Source of the DNA: Candidatus Limnocylindrales bacterium
Lineage (GTDB): Bacteria; Chloroflexota; Limnocylindria; Limnocylindrales; CSP1-4
Assembly: GCA_038245515.1 (NCBI GenBank)
Contig: JBBRSJ010000009.1
Location: 624 to 64,623, forward strand
Direction: 5' to 3'
Length of the DNA stretch: 64,000 nt
Positions 43,006-54,298 of the stretch are shown here, piece by piece. Under the pieces are notes generated by a model that worked only from the letters and a program-made list of their open reading frames with translations, was not told where the DNA came from and did no database searches. The translations under genes and the position numbers were made by a program. The stretch's first letter is position 1, and the number at the start of each line of letters is the position of its first letter.

Positions 43006-44147
43006 GCGCCCGCCTCGCCGCTGGCGACCGGCTGCGTCGCGGTCCGGACCGGATCGACCGCGTAGACCGCCATCGGCCGGCTGAAGCCCTTGAGCTGCCG
43101 CTCGCCCACGGCGTCGGCCATGGTCTCGTCGATCGCGGCGTACGTCCGCGGCGCGATCAGGATCTGGCCTGGCGCCGCTTCGCCGCTCAGGCGCGAGGCG
43201 AGAATGATCGCGTTGCCGACGCCACCGTAGTCGTAGCGGCCCTCGAAGCCGATCCGACCCATGGTCGCGTAGCCGGTCGCGATTCCGATCCCGACCTCGA
43301 GGACATGGCCACGCTTGCGCCAGTCGGCGGAGATGTCCTTGAACCGTTCCCGGATCGAGACCGCCAGATCGACGGCCCGGGCCGCGTGGTCGGTCTGGAT
43401 CTCGGGGTCGTTGAAGAAGACCATGATCCCGTCACCGGCGAAGTGCTCGAGCGTCCCGTCATGGTCGACGACGAGCGCGCCGAGCAACGCGTGGTACAGC
43501 CGCAGGAAGCCGAGGACCTCTTCGGGCTCGGCCGTCTCCGAGAAGGTCGTGAAGTTCCGGAGGTCGCAGAACATCGCGGTGATCTCGCGGCGGTGGCCGG
43601 CCAGCATCGCCTCGCCGTCGGGGCTCGAGACGAGGGCGGCGACCTGTGGCGACAGGAAGCGCGCGAGCTGGGCGCGCTGGCGGTCGATCGTCTCGACGAG
43701 CTGGTGTTCCTGGTCGCGGAGCCGCTTCTGGCCGAGCGATGCCCCGATCCGAGCGCGGAGGATCGCCGGGTCGACGGTCTTCGGGAGGTAGTCGGCCGCG
43801 CCGAGGGCGATGCAGCGGACAACGCTCTCGAGCTCGTCGACACCGGAGATGACGATGACCGGGATGTCGCGCAGGGCCTCGTCGCCCTTGAGCGCGGCGA
43901 GCGTCTCGTAGCCGTCCATGCCGGGCATCATGATGTCGAGCAGGATCACGTCGACGGGGGCCGTCGCGGGGTTCCGGAGGAGGTCGAGCGCCTCGCGCCC
44001 GTCCCCCGCTTCGAGCGATTCGTGCCCGATCCGCCCGAGCAGCCGGACCAGCAGTTGCCGGTTGAACGGCGTGTCATCGACGACGAGGACACGGCCGCCG
44101 CCGTCGACCGCGGCAGGCGTGGCGGGCTCCGACACTTCGCCGTTCAC
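43002..44147 (-). CDS. Response regulator with class III adenylate/guanylate cyclase output domain
   Basis: REC domain ([10 protein letters not shown]...[12 protein letters not shown]...PVIVISG). Cyclase domain ([16 protein letters not shown]...[11 protein letters not shown]...[10 protein letters not shown]). The GTG at 44147 overlaps the kinase stop (GTGA). Confidence 0.85.
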   Translation of the reverse strand: MNGEVSEPATPAAVDGGGRVLVVDDTPFNRQLLVRLLGRIGHESLEAGDGREALDLLRNPATAPVDVILLDIMMPGMDGYETLAALKGDEALRDIPVIVISGVDELESVVRCIALGAADYLPKTVDPAILRARIGASLGQKRLRDQEHQLVETIDRQRAQLARFLSPQVAALVSSPDGEAMLAGHRREITAMFCDLRNFTTFSETAEPEEVLGFLRLYHALLGALVVDHDGTLEHFAGDGIMVFFNDPEIQTDHAARAVDLAVSIRERFKDISADWRKRGHVLEVGIGIATGYATMGRIGFEGRYDYGGVGNAIILASRLSGEAAPGQILIAPRTYAAIDETMADAVGERQLKGFSRPMAVYAVDPVRTATQPVASGEAGA

Positions 44148-47100
44148 GACGCGCCACCGGCCGGCGTCGGGGCCGGCGCCGCCGCAGCGGCTTTTGGTCG
44201 GGCCGCCTGAATCGCTCGTGCCAGCTCCTCCGGCCGGATCGGCTTGGAGACATAGTCGTCCATCCCAGCCGCGAGGCAGTCCTCGCGGTCGCCGGCCATG
44301 GCGTTCGCGGTCAGGCCGACGATCCGAAGGGCCCGCCCGGGCCAACGGGACCGGATCTGGCGGGTGGCCTCGAGGCCGTCGAGGAGGGGCATCTGGACGT
44401 CCATGAGGACGACGTCGTAGGCCCCGTCGACAAGGGCATCGACGGCGGCCTGACCGTCCTCGACCACGTCGGCGCCGAGCCCCATCCGCTGGAGCAGGCG
44501 CAGGGCGAGTTTCTGGTTCACGGCGTTGTCCTCGGCGAGCAGGATGCGCAGGTCCATTTCTCCGTCCGATCCGGACGGGAGCGGCGCAGGGGCTTGCGGT
44601 GTCGCTACGGCGGTGCGTTCCGTCGCTCGACCCGTCGCCTCCCCGCCGGACACCGCCGTGGCCAGGACGTCGTGGAGCGCGGACGGCTTGACCGGCTTGA
44701 GAAGCATTGCCCGGACATTCGGCGCCGTCCGGTTGTGGAGCCCGACCGACGACAGGATCACGACCGGGATCGGATCGTCCGGATGAAGTTCGAGCAGGTC
44801 AGTGGCGAGCTCGATCCCGTCGCGCTCGGGCATCAGCAGGTCGAGCACGGCGACGTCGAACGCCTCGCCGGCGCGGACCCAGGCCAGCGCTTCGAGCGGC
44901 GATGCCGTGGCAGCGGTCTCGACCTCCCAGCGGCCGAGGAGGGTGGTCAGGATCCGGCGATTGGTCGCGTTGTCGTCGACGACGAGGACCCGACAGCCGC
45001 GCAAACTTCGGAGCGGCTCGGCCGGGACGGCGTCCGGGAGAGTCGTCTCGCGGGCGGGCAGGACGAGCCGGAACGTGCTGCCCTCGCCGGCGATCCCGGA
45101 GCTCGTCGCGGTCAGCGAGCCGCCCATCGATTCGGCCAGGCGACGGCTGATCGCCAGACCGAGACCCGTCCCGCCGTACCGCCTTGAGATCGAGGCGTCG
45201 ACCTGGCTGAACGACTGGAACAGGCGGCTCATCGCGTCCGGCGGGATGCCGATGCCCGTATCGCGGACCTCGATTGCGATCGTCCAGGGCGCTCCGGGCG
45301 CTCCGGGCGCGGCGGGCTGCGTCGCGTCGAGGCCGAGCACGACCTCGCCACGCTCGGTGAACTTCACGGCGTTCGACAGGAGGTTCAGCACGATCTGGCG
45401 GACCCGGCCGGCGTCGCCGACGATCGCCTCGGGGAGGGGATCGCCCATCGCGTAGACGAGCTCCACGCCCTTCTTCGCGGCCGTTGGGGCGATCACGTCG
45501 AGGGCGCTCTCCACCGACACCCGGAGCGAGAAGGGCTCGGAAGCGAGGTCCACCCTGCCGGCCTCGATCTTCGAGAAGTCGAGGATGTCGTTGATGATCG
45601 TGAGGAGCGCGTCGCCCGAGGTCCGGATTGTCTCGGCGAAGTCGCGCTGCTCGTCGTCGAGCGGTGTCTCGAGGAGCAGCCCGCTCATCCCGATCACGGC
45701 GTTCATCGGCGTCCGGATCTCGTGACTCATCGCGGCGAGGAAGTCGCTCTTCGCCTGGTTGGCGTCCTCCGCCGCGGCCCGGGCGACTCCGGCTTCCGAG
45801 AAGAGGCGCGCGTTCTCGATCGCGATCGACGCCTGGCGGGCAAGGCCGACGAGGAAATCGAGGTCGGCCTGGACGAACGGGGCGCCCGCGTTTCGCCAGA
45901 CGGCCATGACTCCGCTGACCCGGTCACGGGCGATCAGCGGAGCGACCATCAGGCGTTCATCGGGGACATCCGCGGTGCCCGGGATGGTGATCGTCCGCCG
46001 ATCGTTGCTGACGTCGTTGATGAATTCCGGCGTCCGCCGCCGCACCACGTCGCCGATGATGCCCTCGCCTTCGTGGACTGCATCGGCAAGGATCTGCTCG
46101 GCGATGTCGCCCAGCGCGAGGATCGCCCGGAACGTCCGCCCGTCGGCATCGGCCAGGAACAGCGCGCTCGAGTCCGCTTCCAGCAGCGACTGGACTCGCT
46201 CGCCGATCTGGGCCAGGACGGACTCGACATCGAGCGTCGCCGAGATCTCCTGCCCGACATCGGCCAGGGCAGCCATCTCGTCACCGCGGCGATGGGCCTC
46301 GCGATACAGCCGGGCGTTCTGGATCGCGACGCCGACGTTGGCCGCGATCGTCGACAGCAGCCGGGCGTCCGACTCGCCGAATCGACCCTCCTGGGTCGTG
46401 CTCTGGACGCTGATCGCGCCGATCGAGCGTTCGCCGAGGATGATCGGGACGCCGAGGAAGGACTTCGCGAGGGTCCCGACACCGCGAGTCCCGAGAGTTG
46501 TCCAATCGGCCTCGCGGTTCAGGAGGAGGGTCTCGCACGTCTCGATGATCTTCGACGTCAGCCCCTGGCCGAACGGGATCGCCTCCTGACCCGACGAATG
46601 GCCGAACTCGTTGAAGTACGGGAACTCGATCTTGCCGGCTTCCACGTCGTGGAGCGCCACGTAGACGATGTCGGCCTCGAACGTCCGCCGCATCTGCTCC
46701 CCCACGAGCTCGATCAGGGGGTCCAGGTCGAGCTGGCTCGCGAGAGCCTTGCCGACCTCGTTGACGGTGGCCAGCTCGGCCAGGCGCTGGCGCGTCTCGT
46801 CGATCAGGCGGACGTTCTCGAGCGCGACCGACAAGCTCGCCGCGAGGGTCGTCAGCAGCTCGATGTCGGAGTCGCTGAACGCGTCCTTGCGATCGATGTT
46901 CTGGAGCGAGATGATCCCGCTGACCCCGGATCCGGAGGTCAATGGCGCGAAGAGGACGGACTGAGGCGCCTCGCCCTGGATCACGATCGCCTCGCCCGTC
47001 TCGACCGCGGACTCGAGCTCCGCTTGCCCGACGCGCAGCGGTCGACCCGACTCGACGACCTGCCGGCGGAAGCTTCGAAGCGGGATCGACACCGCGGGGA

Positions 47101-49459
47101 GCCGCACACCACGCTCGATGACGTATTCGATGTCTACCCGGCCGGTTGACGGATCGATGATCCCGATGTCGACGACCTGGGCATCGAAGATGTCCCGAAT
47201 CCGGTCGCCCACGAGGTCGTACATCGACTGCATATCGAGCTTCTCGGCGAGGCCTCGCTGGACGTCGTTGATCAGGGCCAGCTCGGCGGCTCGCTCGTTC
47301 GTCTCGGTCAAGAGCCGCTTCGTCTCGTCGAACAGCCGGACGTTCTCGAGCGCGACGCTGAGGCTCGAGGCCAGCGTCGTCAGCAGCTCGACATCGGATT
47401 CGGTGAACGCGTCCTCGCGGTCGATGTTCTGGAGGGAGATCACGCCTCTCGCCTCGTCGCCGACGATGAGCGGCGCCCACAGGGCCGACTTCGGCGGTTC
47501 GCCGGACATCGGCCCGGCCTGGCCGAGCTCGGCCACCCGGGCAAAGACATCCCGGTTGATCAGCAGCGGCCGGCGGGTCTCGACGACGACTCGCCGCGGA
47601 CCGACGAACGGCAGGGTCTCCTCGGGGAACCGGACGCCGCGCTCGATCGTGTACGGGAATCGGAACTGTTCGGGGTCGTTCTCGAGGATGCCGATGTCGA
47701 CGATCTGGGCATCAAAGATCGCCTGGATCCGGTCGCCGACGAGGTCGTACATCCCCTGCATCTCGAGCTTCTCGGCGAGCCCGTGCTGGACGTCGTTGAT
47801 CAGCGCCAGCTCGGCCGCCCGCTCGTTCGTCTCGGTCAGCAAGCGCTTCGTCTCCTCGAAGAGGCGGGCGTTCTCGAGGGCGACGCCCATGCTTGCCGCG
47901 AGCGTGCCGAGAAGGCGGACCTCCGGATCGCCATAGGCGTTCGGTTCGAGGCTCTCGAGCGCGATCACACCGAGGACGCGATCGCCGGCGAGGATCGGGA
48001 CGCCGAGCCATGTCTCAGCGTCGAGCCCGTCCTCGACCCGACCGAGTGCGAGCGATTCGGCCATCGTTCGGAGGAGGAGTGGCTTCCTTGTCTCGATCAC
48101 GATCGAGGTCAGGCCCTTGCCCAGCTCGAGGTTGCCGGTGTCGACCCGCCGCCCTTCGTGCAGCTCGAACGGGAATCTGATCAGCCGGGCGTCCAAGTCG
48201 ACCATCGACACGTACATCGAGTTCGCCGTGAACATCGTCGAGATCCGCTGGCCGACGAGCTCGACGATCGCCTCGAAGTCGAGCTGTTTCGCGAGGGCGG
48301 CCCCGATCTCGTTGATGACTGCAAGCTCCGACGCTCGCTGGTCGGTCTCGGTCAGGAGCCGCTTCGTCTCGCCGAACAGGCGGGCGTTCTCGAGCGCGAC
48401 GCCCATGCTCGTCGCCAGCGTGTTCAGGAGCCGCTCGTCCGCCTCGGTGTAGGCATTCGTGCTCAGGCTCTCGAGCCCGACGACGCCGATCATCCGGTTG
48501 CCGGCCGGGATCGGCACTCCGAGCCACGATTTCGTGTCCGAGCCGCCGACCTGGACCGCGCCGGCGGCGATCTGTTCCTCGAGCGAGCCGATCCGGAGCG
48601 ATCGGCCGGTCCTCAGGACGGTTGACGTGAGCCCGGGCCCCAGCCTGATCAGGCCGCGATCGAACCGCTCGCCTTCGTCCATGTCGTACGGGAACGAGAG
48701 CAGGTCTGTCGCCGGGTCATGGAGCGCGATGAACAGCGATCCGGTGCTGAAGATGCGGCCGATCCGCTCGCCGACGAGCTCGATGATCGCGCCGAACTCG
48801 AGCTGCTCGGCGAGGGCGCGGCCGATCTCGTTGACCAGGGCCAGCTCGGCATTCCGCTGGCGGGTCTCTTCGATGGCCCGGACCCGCGTGAGCGCCGATC
48901 CGATGTGCTGGCCGACGAAGGCGAGCAGGTCGCGGTCGGCGGTGGTGTATCGCTGGTCGGCGGCATACGTCTGGCAGACAACCACACCGATGGCCCGGCC
49001 GTCCGCGGTCAGCGGCGCCCCGAGCCAGTCACCGGCGGCGACGACTCCGAGCTTTGCGATCTCGCCCGCGGCGACGAGCTCGCGATGCTTATCCGGCGAG
49101 ATGATGACCGCCTTGCCGAGCCGGATGACGTAGGCAGTGACGCCGGATCCATCGCCGATCCCGATGGGATCCCAACCGGCTGGGTCGGGGATGTCGTCGT
49201 CGACCGAGTCGACGTAATAAGGGAAGTTGATCGCCTGGCGGTCCTCGTCGTAAAGAGCGATGTAGAAGTTCTCCGCATACATCAGCTCGCGGACCTGGGC
49301 GTGGACCGCCACGTAGAACTCCTGGAGGTCGCGGGCGCCGCTCGCCGCCTCGGCGATGCCATACAGGGCCGCCTGGATCCGCTCGGACCTGGCGTGCTCC
49401 GCCTCGCGAGCTTCGAGCGCCGCGATCCGGGCGCTCAGGGCGGCGACGTCCGTGCCCAT
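44144..49459 (-). CDS. Hybrid sensor histidine kinase: 7 tandem GAF domains, HisKA, HATPase_c, 2 REC domains
   Basis: Seven repeats of the pattern (E/L)(L/V)xxVNEIGxAL...LDxxxIxELVGxRI. H-box [10 protein letters not shown]-boxes DTGIGI and [11 protein letters not shown]. Two receiver domains ([10 protein letters not shown]...DLLMPERDG and [10 protein letters not shown]...DVQMPLLDG). Start set at the ATG at 49459. Confidence 0.85.
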   Translation of the reverse strand: MGTDVAALSARIAALEAREAEHARSERIQAALYGIAEAASGARDLQEFYVAVHAQVRELMYAENFYIALYDEDRQAINFPYYVDSVDDDIPDPAGWDPIGIGDGSGVTAYVIRLGKAVIISPDKHRELVAAGEIAKLGVVAAGDWLGAPLTADGRAIGVVVCQTYAADQRYTTADRDLLAFVGQHIGSALTRVRAIEETRQRNAELALVNEIGRALAEQLEFGAIIELVGERIGRIFSTGSLFIALHDPATDLLSFPYDMDEGERFDRGLIRLGPGLTSTVLRTGRSLRIGSLEEQIAAGAVQVGGSDTKSWLGVPIPAGNRMIGVVGLESLSTNAYTEADERLLNTLATSMGVALENARLFGETKRLLTETDQRASELAVINEIGAALAKQLDFEAIVELVGQRISTMFTANSMYVSMVDLDARLIRFPFELHEGRRVDTGNLELGKGLTSIVIETRKPLLLRTMAESLALGRVEDGLDAETWLGVPILAGDRVLGVIALESLEPNAYGDPEVRLLGTLAASMGVALENARLFEETKRLLTETNERAAELALINDVQHGLAEKLEMQGMYDLVGDRIQAIFDAQIVDIGILENDPEQFRFPYTIERGVRFPEETLPFVGPRRVVVETRRPLLINRDVFARVAELGQAGPMSGEPPKSALWAPLIVGDEARGVISLQNIDREDAFTESDVELLTTLASSLSVALENVRLFDETKRLLTETNERAAELALINDVQRGLAEKLDMQSMYDLVGDRIRDIFDAQVVDIGIIDPSTGRVDIEYVIERGVRLPAVSIPLRSFRRQVVESGRPLRVGQAELESAVETGEAIVIQGEAPQSVLFAPLTSGSGVSGIISLQNIDRKDAFSDSDIELLTTLAASLSVALENVRLIDETRQRLAELATVNEVGKALASQLDLDPLIELVGEQMRRTFEADIVYVALHDVEAGKIEFPYFNEFGHSSGQEAIPFGQGLTSKIIETCETLLLNREADWTTLGTRGVGTLAKSFLGVPIILGERSIGAISVQSTTQEGRFGESDARLLSTIAANVGVAIQNARLYREAHRRGDEMAALADVGQEISATLDVESVLAQIGERVQSLLEADSSALFLADADGRTFRAILALGDIAEQILADAVHEGEGIIGDVVRRRTPEFINDVSNDRRTITIPGTADVPDERLMVAPLIARDRVSGVMAVWRNAGAPFVQADLDFLVGLARQASIAIENARLFSEAGVARAAAEDANQAKSDFLAAMSHEIRTPMNAVIGMSGLLLETPLDDEQRDFAETIRTSGDALLTIINDILDFSKIEAGRVDLASEPFSLRVSVESALDVIAPTAAKKGVELVYAMGDPLPEAIVGDAGRVRQIVLNLLSNAVKFTERGEVVLGLDATQPAAPGAPGAPWTIAIEVRDTGIGIPPDAMSRLFQSFSQVDASISRRYGGTGLGLAISRRLAESMGGSLTATSSGIAGEGSTFRLVLPARETTLPDAVPAEPLRSLRGCRVLVVDDNATNRRILTTLLGRWEVETAATASPLEALAWVRAGEAFDVAVLDLLMPERDGIELATDLLELHPDDPIPVVILSSVGLHNRTAPNVRAMLLKPVKPSALHDVLATAVSGGEATGRATERTAVATPQAPAPLPSGSDGEMDLRILLAEDNAVNQKLALRLLQRMGLGADVVEDGQAAVDALVDGAYDVVLMDVQMPLLDGLEATRQIRSRWPGRALRIVGLTANAMAGDREDCLAAGMDDYVSKPIRPEELARAIQAARPKAAAAAPAPTPAGGAS

Positions 49460-49583
49460 CGGCTCGCTGTCGGCTGGCCGTTCCTGGTCGAGCGCCACAT
49501 CGCTCCCGTCGTCGAGCGCGTCGGTCCCGGCTCGCGCGCTGCCGCTCGGAGGATAGCGCGAGGATCGGCCGGCCACCGATCCG

Positions 49584-51095
49584 ATGGACGACACCCGGCT
49601 AGGCTTCTCGACGATGCCCAGCTCCGCCCCGTCGACTGCCGTCGTCTGGTTCCGCCGCGACTTGCGGATCCATGACCATCCGGCGCTCCAACACGCCCTC
49701 GAGCGGTACGAGCGAGTCGTGCCGCTGTTCGTGATCGACGAGAGGATCCTCGGTGGGCGGTGGCCGAGCGCCAATCGACGCTGGTTCCTGGCGGGTGCGC
49801 TCGCATCATTGCGGGCGGAGATCGAGTGCCGCGGCGGGCGGCTGGCGATCGTCGGCGGCGATCCGGCCGAGGTCGTGCCTCGGTTCGCGGCGGCGCTGGG
49901 CGCGACGGCGATCGTTGCGAGCCGCGACTACACGCCGTACGGCCGGGCGCGCGACGAGGCCGTGGCCGGTGCCGCACCCGCCGCCGGTCTGAAATGGCGA
50001 GCCGGCCGGGGTCTGCTCGTCCACGAGCCGGAGGATGTTCGGACGGCCGATGGCGGGCCGTTCCGGGCCTTCGCGCCGTTCCATCGTCGATGGCTCTCGC
50101 GGCCGGTTCGGTCCGTGCTTCCGGCGCCGGATGTGATTCCATCCGGGACGCACGTGCCGGGTGGCGACGCTGCGGCCGACGTCCTGCTCGGCCATCCGGA
50201 GCCAACCGCGAACCGGCCGCTGCTCCTCGAGCCGACCGAGACCGCGGCGCGGACGCGCCTGGACGCTTGGTCGCGGTCGCCCGCCCTCGCGGAGTACGAC
50301 ACCGGCCGGGACCGGTTGGACCGTGACGGCACTTCGCGCCTGAGCCAGGACCTGCGATGGGGCCTGCTGTCGGCCGCCGCGGTCGTCGAGCGGTGCGCGG
50401 GCCCGGGGGCCGGACCGGCCCGCTTCCGATCCGAGGTCGCTTGGCGCGACTTCTACGCCCACCTGCTCTGGAACGAGCCACGGGTGGCTCGGGAATCGTT
50501 CCGGCGTGCGTTCGACGGCGTCTGGTGGGAGTCCGACCCGGTCGTCATCGACGCGTGGCGCGACGGACGGACGGGCTATCCAATGGTCGATGCGGCGATG
50601 CGCCAATTGCTCGCGACCGGCTGGATGCACAACCGGGCCCGGATGATCGTCGCTTCGTTCCTGACGAAGCATCTCGGCGTCGATTGGCGCGTCGGCGAGG
50701 CCCACTTCATGGCCCATCTCGTCGACGGCGACCCGGCCAGCAACAACGGCGGCTGGCAATGGGCTGCCTCGACCGGGACGGACCCGCAGCCGTACTTCCG
50801 GATCTTCAACCCGACGCTCCAGGGCCGGCGCCATGACCCGGACGGCGAGTATGTCCGGCGCTGGGTCCCGGAGCTCGGGGGGATCGCCGGCGCGGCCGTC
50901 CACGAGCCGCCGGCCGGGGCCTATCTCCGGCCGATCGTCGACCACGCCGCTGCACGGGGGCGGGCGCTCGCGGCGTACTCGGCAGCGGCAGGTGCAGCCA
51001 CGGCAGCGGCAGGTGCAGCAGGGGCGGCTGTGGCCGCGCGCCCCGCGTCAGGCGGTCCGGACGACTTCGCGGAGCGCGTCGACGGCAACCCGTAG
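49584..51095 (+). CDS. phr: Deoxyribodipyrimidine photolyase / cryptochrome family
   Basis: [15 protein letters not shown] in the N-terminal domain. The FAD domain has [28 protein letters not shown] and [20 protein letters not shown]. The start could instead be the Met at 49614. Confidence 0.85.
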   Translation: MDDTRLGFSTMPSSAPSTAVVWFRRDLRIHDHPALQHALERYERVVPLFVIDERILGGRWPSANRRWFLAGALASLRAEIECRGGRLAIVGGDPAEVVPRFAAALGATAIVASRDYTPYGRARDEAVAGAAPAAGLKWRAGRGLLVHEPEDVRTADGGPFRAFAPFHRRWLSRPVRSVLPAPDVIPSGTHVPGGDAAADVLLGHPEPTANRPLLLEPTETAARTRLDAWSRSPALAEYDTGRDRLDRDGTSRLSQDLRWGLLSAAAVVERCAGPGAGPARFRSEVAWRDFYAHLLWNEPRVARESFRRAFDGVWWESDPVVIDAWRDGRTGYPMVDAAMRQLLATGWMHNRARMIVASFLTKHLGVDWRVGEAHFMAHLVDGDPASNNGGWQWAASTGTDPQPYFRIFNPTLQGRRHDPDGEYVRRWVPELGGIAGAAVHEPPAGAYLRPIVDHAAARGRALAAYSAAAGAATAAAGAAGAAVAARPASGGPDDFAERVDGNP

Positions 51096-51207
51096 CCCAG
51101 CTGGCAGGGCGGTAGGGCTGAGTCTTCCTTCCCTCCTGGCGCGGCGGCGGACGCCCTCGGTCCGCCGCCGTGCCACACTCACCTCCCTCACCAACTGGAT
51201 TCCCCGA

Positions 51208-52659
51208 ATGAGCACCCACCGGATCTCAGCCAGCCAGTTCATCGGCCGCCCGATCGACGAGGTCTTCGCGTTCTTCTCGCGGCCCGAGAACCTCGGTCGG
51301 ATCACGCCGGCGTCGATGGGCTTCGAGTTCCTCACCGACGACCAGGACATGCGCGACGGGCTGGAGATCGACTACCGGATCCGGCCGTTGCTCGGGATCC
51401 CCGTGACGTGGCGGACGCGGATCACCGAGTACCAGCCGCCCGTTCGCTTCCGCGACCTCCAGCTTCGCGGACCGTATGCTCGGTGGGAGCACACGCACAC
51501 GTTCGAGGAGGTGCCTGGGGGGACGATCGTCCGCGACGAGATCGAATACGCGGTTTCGCTCGGCCCTCTCGGCGACATCGTCAACAGGCTTGCGATCAGG
51601 TCCGAGCTGGAGAGGATCTTCCGCCATCGCGCGGACACGATCCGGACCGTCTTCGCGGACGCCGCGGCGCCGACGGGGTTGACCGTCGCGGTCGCTGGCG
51701 GGACGGGTTTCGTCGGCGGCGGGATCGCGGTCGAGCTCGTCCGACGCGGCCACCACGTCGTCGTCCTGTCGCACCGCGGCGACGCCGCGCGGGGCGGGTT
51801 GCCGGACGAGGTCGAGATCCGCCAGGCGGACGTCCAGACGGGCCATGGGCTCGCCGAGGCGCTCGCCGGCGTCGACGCCCTCGCGATCGCGCTCGCCTTC
51901 AAGAACTCCCCGATCGAGGCGCCCCGCAAGCATCAGACATTCGTCGAGGTGGACGCGGAGGGGACCGAGCGCCTCGTTGCCGCGGCCGCCGCTGCCGGCG
52001 TCAAGCGCCTCGTCTACCTTTCCGGCGCCGGTGCCGCGCCCGACGCGAAACGCCATTGGTTCCGCGCGAAGTGGCGGGCCGAGGAGGCGATCCGCGGCTC
52101 CGGACTGGCCTGGACGATCATCCGCCCGACCTGGATCTTCGGACCGCGCGACGTCTCGCTCAACCGATTCGTCGGGTTCGCACGGCGGCTGTTCACGGTG
52201 CCGATGACGAACGGCGGCGGCCAGCTCCTCGCCCCGGTCTTCATCGACGACGCAGCCGCGCTGGCCGCGGATGCGCTCGTCGAGGATGCGGCGCTGGGCC
52301 AGGTCTTCGAGCTCGGTGGCCCGGACACCCTGAAGATGCGCGACATCATCGCGACCGCGCTTCGTGTCGCGGGTCTGCGGCGCCGGCCGATCATCCCGGG
52401 ACCAACCCCGTTGATCAAGCTCGCCGCCGTCCCGTTGTCCTGGCTGCCCACGCCGATCCTCACCCCGGACGCCGTCGACTTCATCAACCAGCCGGCGATC
52501 GTCGACCTCAGGCCGCTGCTCGAGCGGATGCCGCGCCGGCTGACTCCGCTCGAGGAGGGCCTCCGGACCTATCTGGCGCCGCCGAGCGGCGACGCGTCGC
52601 TGGCGTTCGATCGATCGCCCGCGGCCGCGGGCGCCACGCCGACTCCGACGAGGGCCTGA
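51208..52659 (+). CDS. Fusion protein: SRPBCC (START/cyclase-dehydrase-like) domain plus NAD(P)-binding NmrA/NDUFA9-like epimerase domain
   Basis: The N-terminal ~150 aa (PENLGRITP...RGPYARWEHTHTF) is SRPBCC-like. It is followed by a Rossmann motif, VAGGTGFVGGGIA, and an atypical-SDR body. Confidence 0.75.
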   Translation: MSTHRISASQFIGRPIDEVFAFFSRPENLGRITPASMGFEFLTDDQDMRDGLEIDYRIRPLLGIPVTWRTRITEYQPPVRFRDLQLRGPYARWEHTHTFEEVPGGTIVRDEIEYAVSLGPLGDIVNRLAIRSELERIFRHRADTIRTVFADAAAPTGLTVAVAGGTGFVGGGIAVELVRRGHHVVVLSHRGDAARGGLPDEVEIRQADVQTGHGLAEALAGVDALAIALAFKNSPIEAPRKHQTFVEVDAEGTERLVAAAAAAGVKRLVYLSGAGAAPDAKRHWFRAKWRAEEAIRGSGLAWTIIRPTWIFGPRDVSLNRFVGFARRLFTVPMTNGGGQLLAPVFIDDAAALAADALVEDAALGQVFELGGPDTLKMRDIIATALRVAGLRRRPIIPGPTPLIKLAAVPLSWLPTPILTPDAVDFINQPAIVDLRPLLERMPRRLTPLEEGLRTYLAPPSGDASLAFDRSPAAAGATPTPTRA

Positions 52660-52830
52660 TCGGCGGGCCCGCGAGGCCGGGCGCCGGGACGGGGAGAATT
52701 CGTGATGAAATAACGCACCGATGACCGCCGGGCGCTGAGCCCGGGCCCAACGGCCCGGATCGGTGCGTCGGCGCACAAGGGCGCGAGCCGGTCGGAGCGG
52801 CGTGCGGGTCGGCGGCGCGAGTCCCCAGCC

Positions 52831-54270
52831 TCAGCTCCGCTCGAGGTACCGCTCGCGCTCCCAGTTGTGGACCATCGCGTCGTAGGTCTCCTGCTCGACC
52901 CGGGCCGCGTTCAGGTAGTGGTCGACGACGTCCTGGCCGAAGATCTCCGGCGCCGCCTCGCTCCGCTCGAGCTCCGCGATCGCCTCGTACAGGGCGCGCG
53001 GCATCCGCGGCACGCCCCTGGCCACGTAGCCATTGCCCTTGAACTCGTCGACGAGCTGGAGCTCGCGATCGATCCCGAGGAGCCCGGCTCCGATCATCGC
53101 CGCGTACGTCAGGTAGGCATTCATGTCGCCGCCCGGGAAGCGGTCCTCGATATGGAGCCCCGCGCCGTGCCCGACGAGGCGGAACCCCGTCGTCCGGTTG
53201 TCGCGGCCCCAGACGATGTTCACCGGCGCCCAGGACAGCGACGCATAGCGCTTGTACGAGTTGATGTTCGGAGCGATGAAGATCGCCAGCTCCCGTGACA
53301 GTGCCATCATCCCGGCCACGAACTGGCTGAACTGGCGGCTCATCCCGTACGGCAGCCCGGCCTCCGGATCGTGGGTCAGGGGCTCCTTGCCGTCGGCATC
53401 CCAGGTGCTCATGTGGAGGTGGCCCGACGAGCCCGTCCAGGTGTGATCGGGCTTGGACATGAACGTGATGCCCCAGCCGTTGAGGTAGGCGATCTCCTTC
53501 GCCCCGTGCTTGAAGATCACGCTCCGGTCGGCGGACTCGAGGACGTGGTCGTAGCGGATGTTGACCTCGTGCTGGCCGGGCGCCGCCTCGCCCTTGCTGA
53601 ACTCGATCGGGACCCGGGCCTCGGTCATCTGGTTCCGGAGCAGGCGGTGGAGCGGCTCGGCCTTCGTCGCCTGGAGCAGGTGGTAGTCCTCGTTGTAGTA
53701 GCCGAACCGCTGCGGGATCCCCCAGCCGAGCCTCGCCGACTCCTCCCACGATTCCTTGAGGACGTAGTACTCGAATTCGGAGCCGGCCTTGATCGTCAGG
53801 CCGTGGTCGGCCGCGCGGGCGATCTGGCGCTTGAGGATCGTGCGGGGCGAGATCGCGATCTCCTCGTGCCCCACCTCGGTGAACGTATCGGACAGGACGA
53901 GGGCGGTCTTCTCGAGCCAGGGCAGGACCCGGAGGGTGTCCCAGACCGGCTCGGCGATCCAGTCGCCGTAACCCGTCTCCCAGTTCATCAGCGCGAAGCC
54001 CTCGGGCGTGTTCATTTCCATGTCCGTACCGAGGAGGTACGTGCAGAAGTGGGCGCCATGGTCGATGACGCCGGCGAGGAAGGCCTGGGCCTGGACGCGC
54101 TTGCCCATGAGCCGGCCCTGCATGTCGGTGATCGCGACGATCAGGGTGTCGATCTGGCCGTCGCGGACCATCGCCTGGAGCTCCTGGAGGCGCGGGTGAT
54201 CGCGATCGGGGCGGGACGAGCTGTGATCGTCGTGGGTCGAGCTGGTCATGGGAGCCCTCCGGGCCGCCAC
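52831..54270 (-). CDS. Glutamine synthetase-family ligase (GlnA-like, possibly a gamma-glutamyl-amine synthetase)
   Basis: GS catalytic-domain motifs: GSEFEYY, KGEAAPGQHEVN, FMSKP....GSSGHLHMS, NSYKR. Confidence 0.85.
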   Translation of the reverse strand: MAARRAPMTSSTHDDHSSSRPDRDHPRLQELQAMVRDGQIDTLIVAITDMQGRLMGKRVQAQAFLAGVIDHGAHFCTYLLGTDMEMNTPEGFALMNWETGYGDWIAEPVWDTLRVLPWLEKTALVLSDTFTEVGHEEIAISPRTILKRQIARAADHGLTIKAGSEFEYYVLKESWEESARLGWGIPQRFGYYNEDYHLLQATKAEPLHRLLRNQMTEARVPIEFSKGEAAPGQHEVNIRYDHVLESADRSVIFKHGAKEIAYLNGWGITFMSKPDHTWTGSSGHLHMSTWDADGKEPLTHDPEAGLPYGMSRQFSQFVAGMMALSRELAIFIAPNINSYKRYASLSWAPVNIVWGRDNRTTGFRLVGHGAGLHIEDRFPGGDMNAYLTYAAMIGAGLLGIDRELQLVDEFKGNGYVARGVPRMPRALYEAIAELERSEAAPEIFGQDVVDHYLNAARVEQETYDAMVHNWERERYLERS

Positions 54271-54298
54271 GCGGCCCCTGCGCTGGTCGACAACACGG

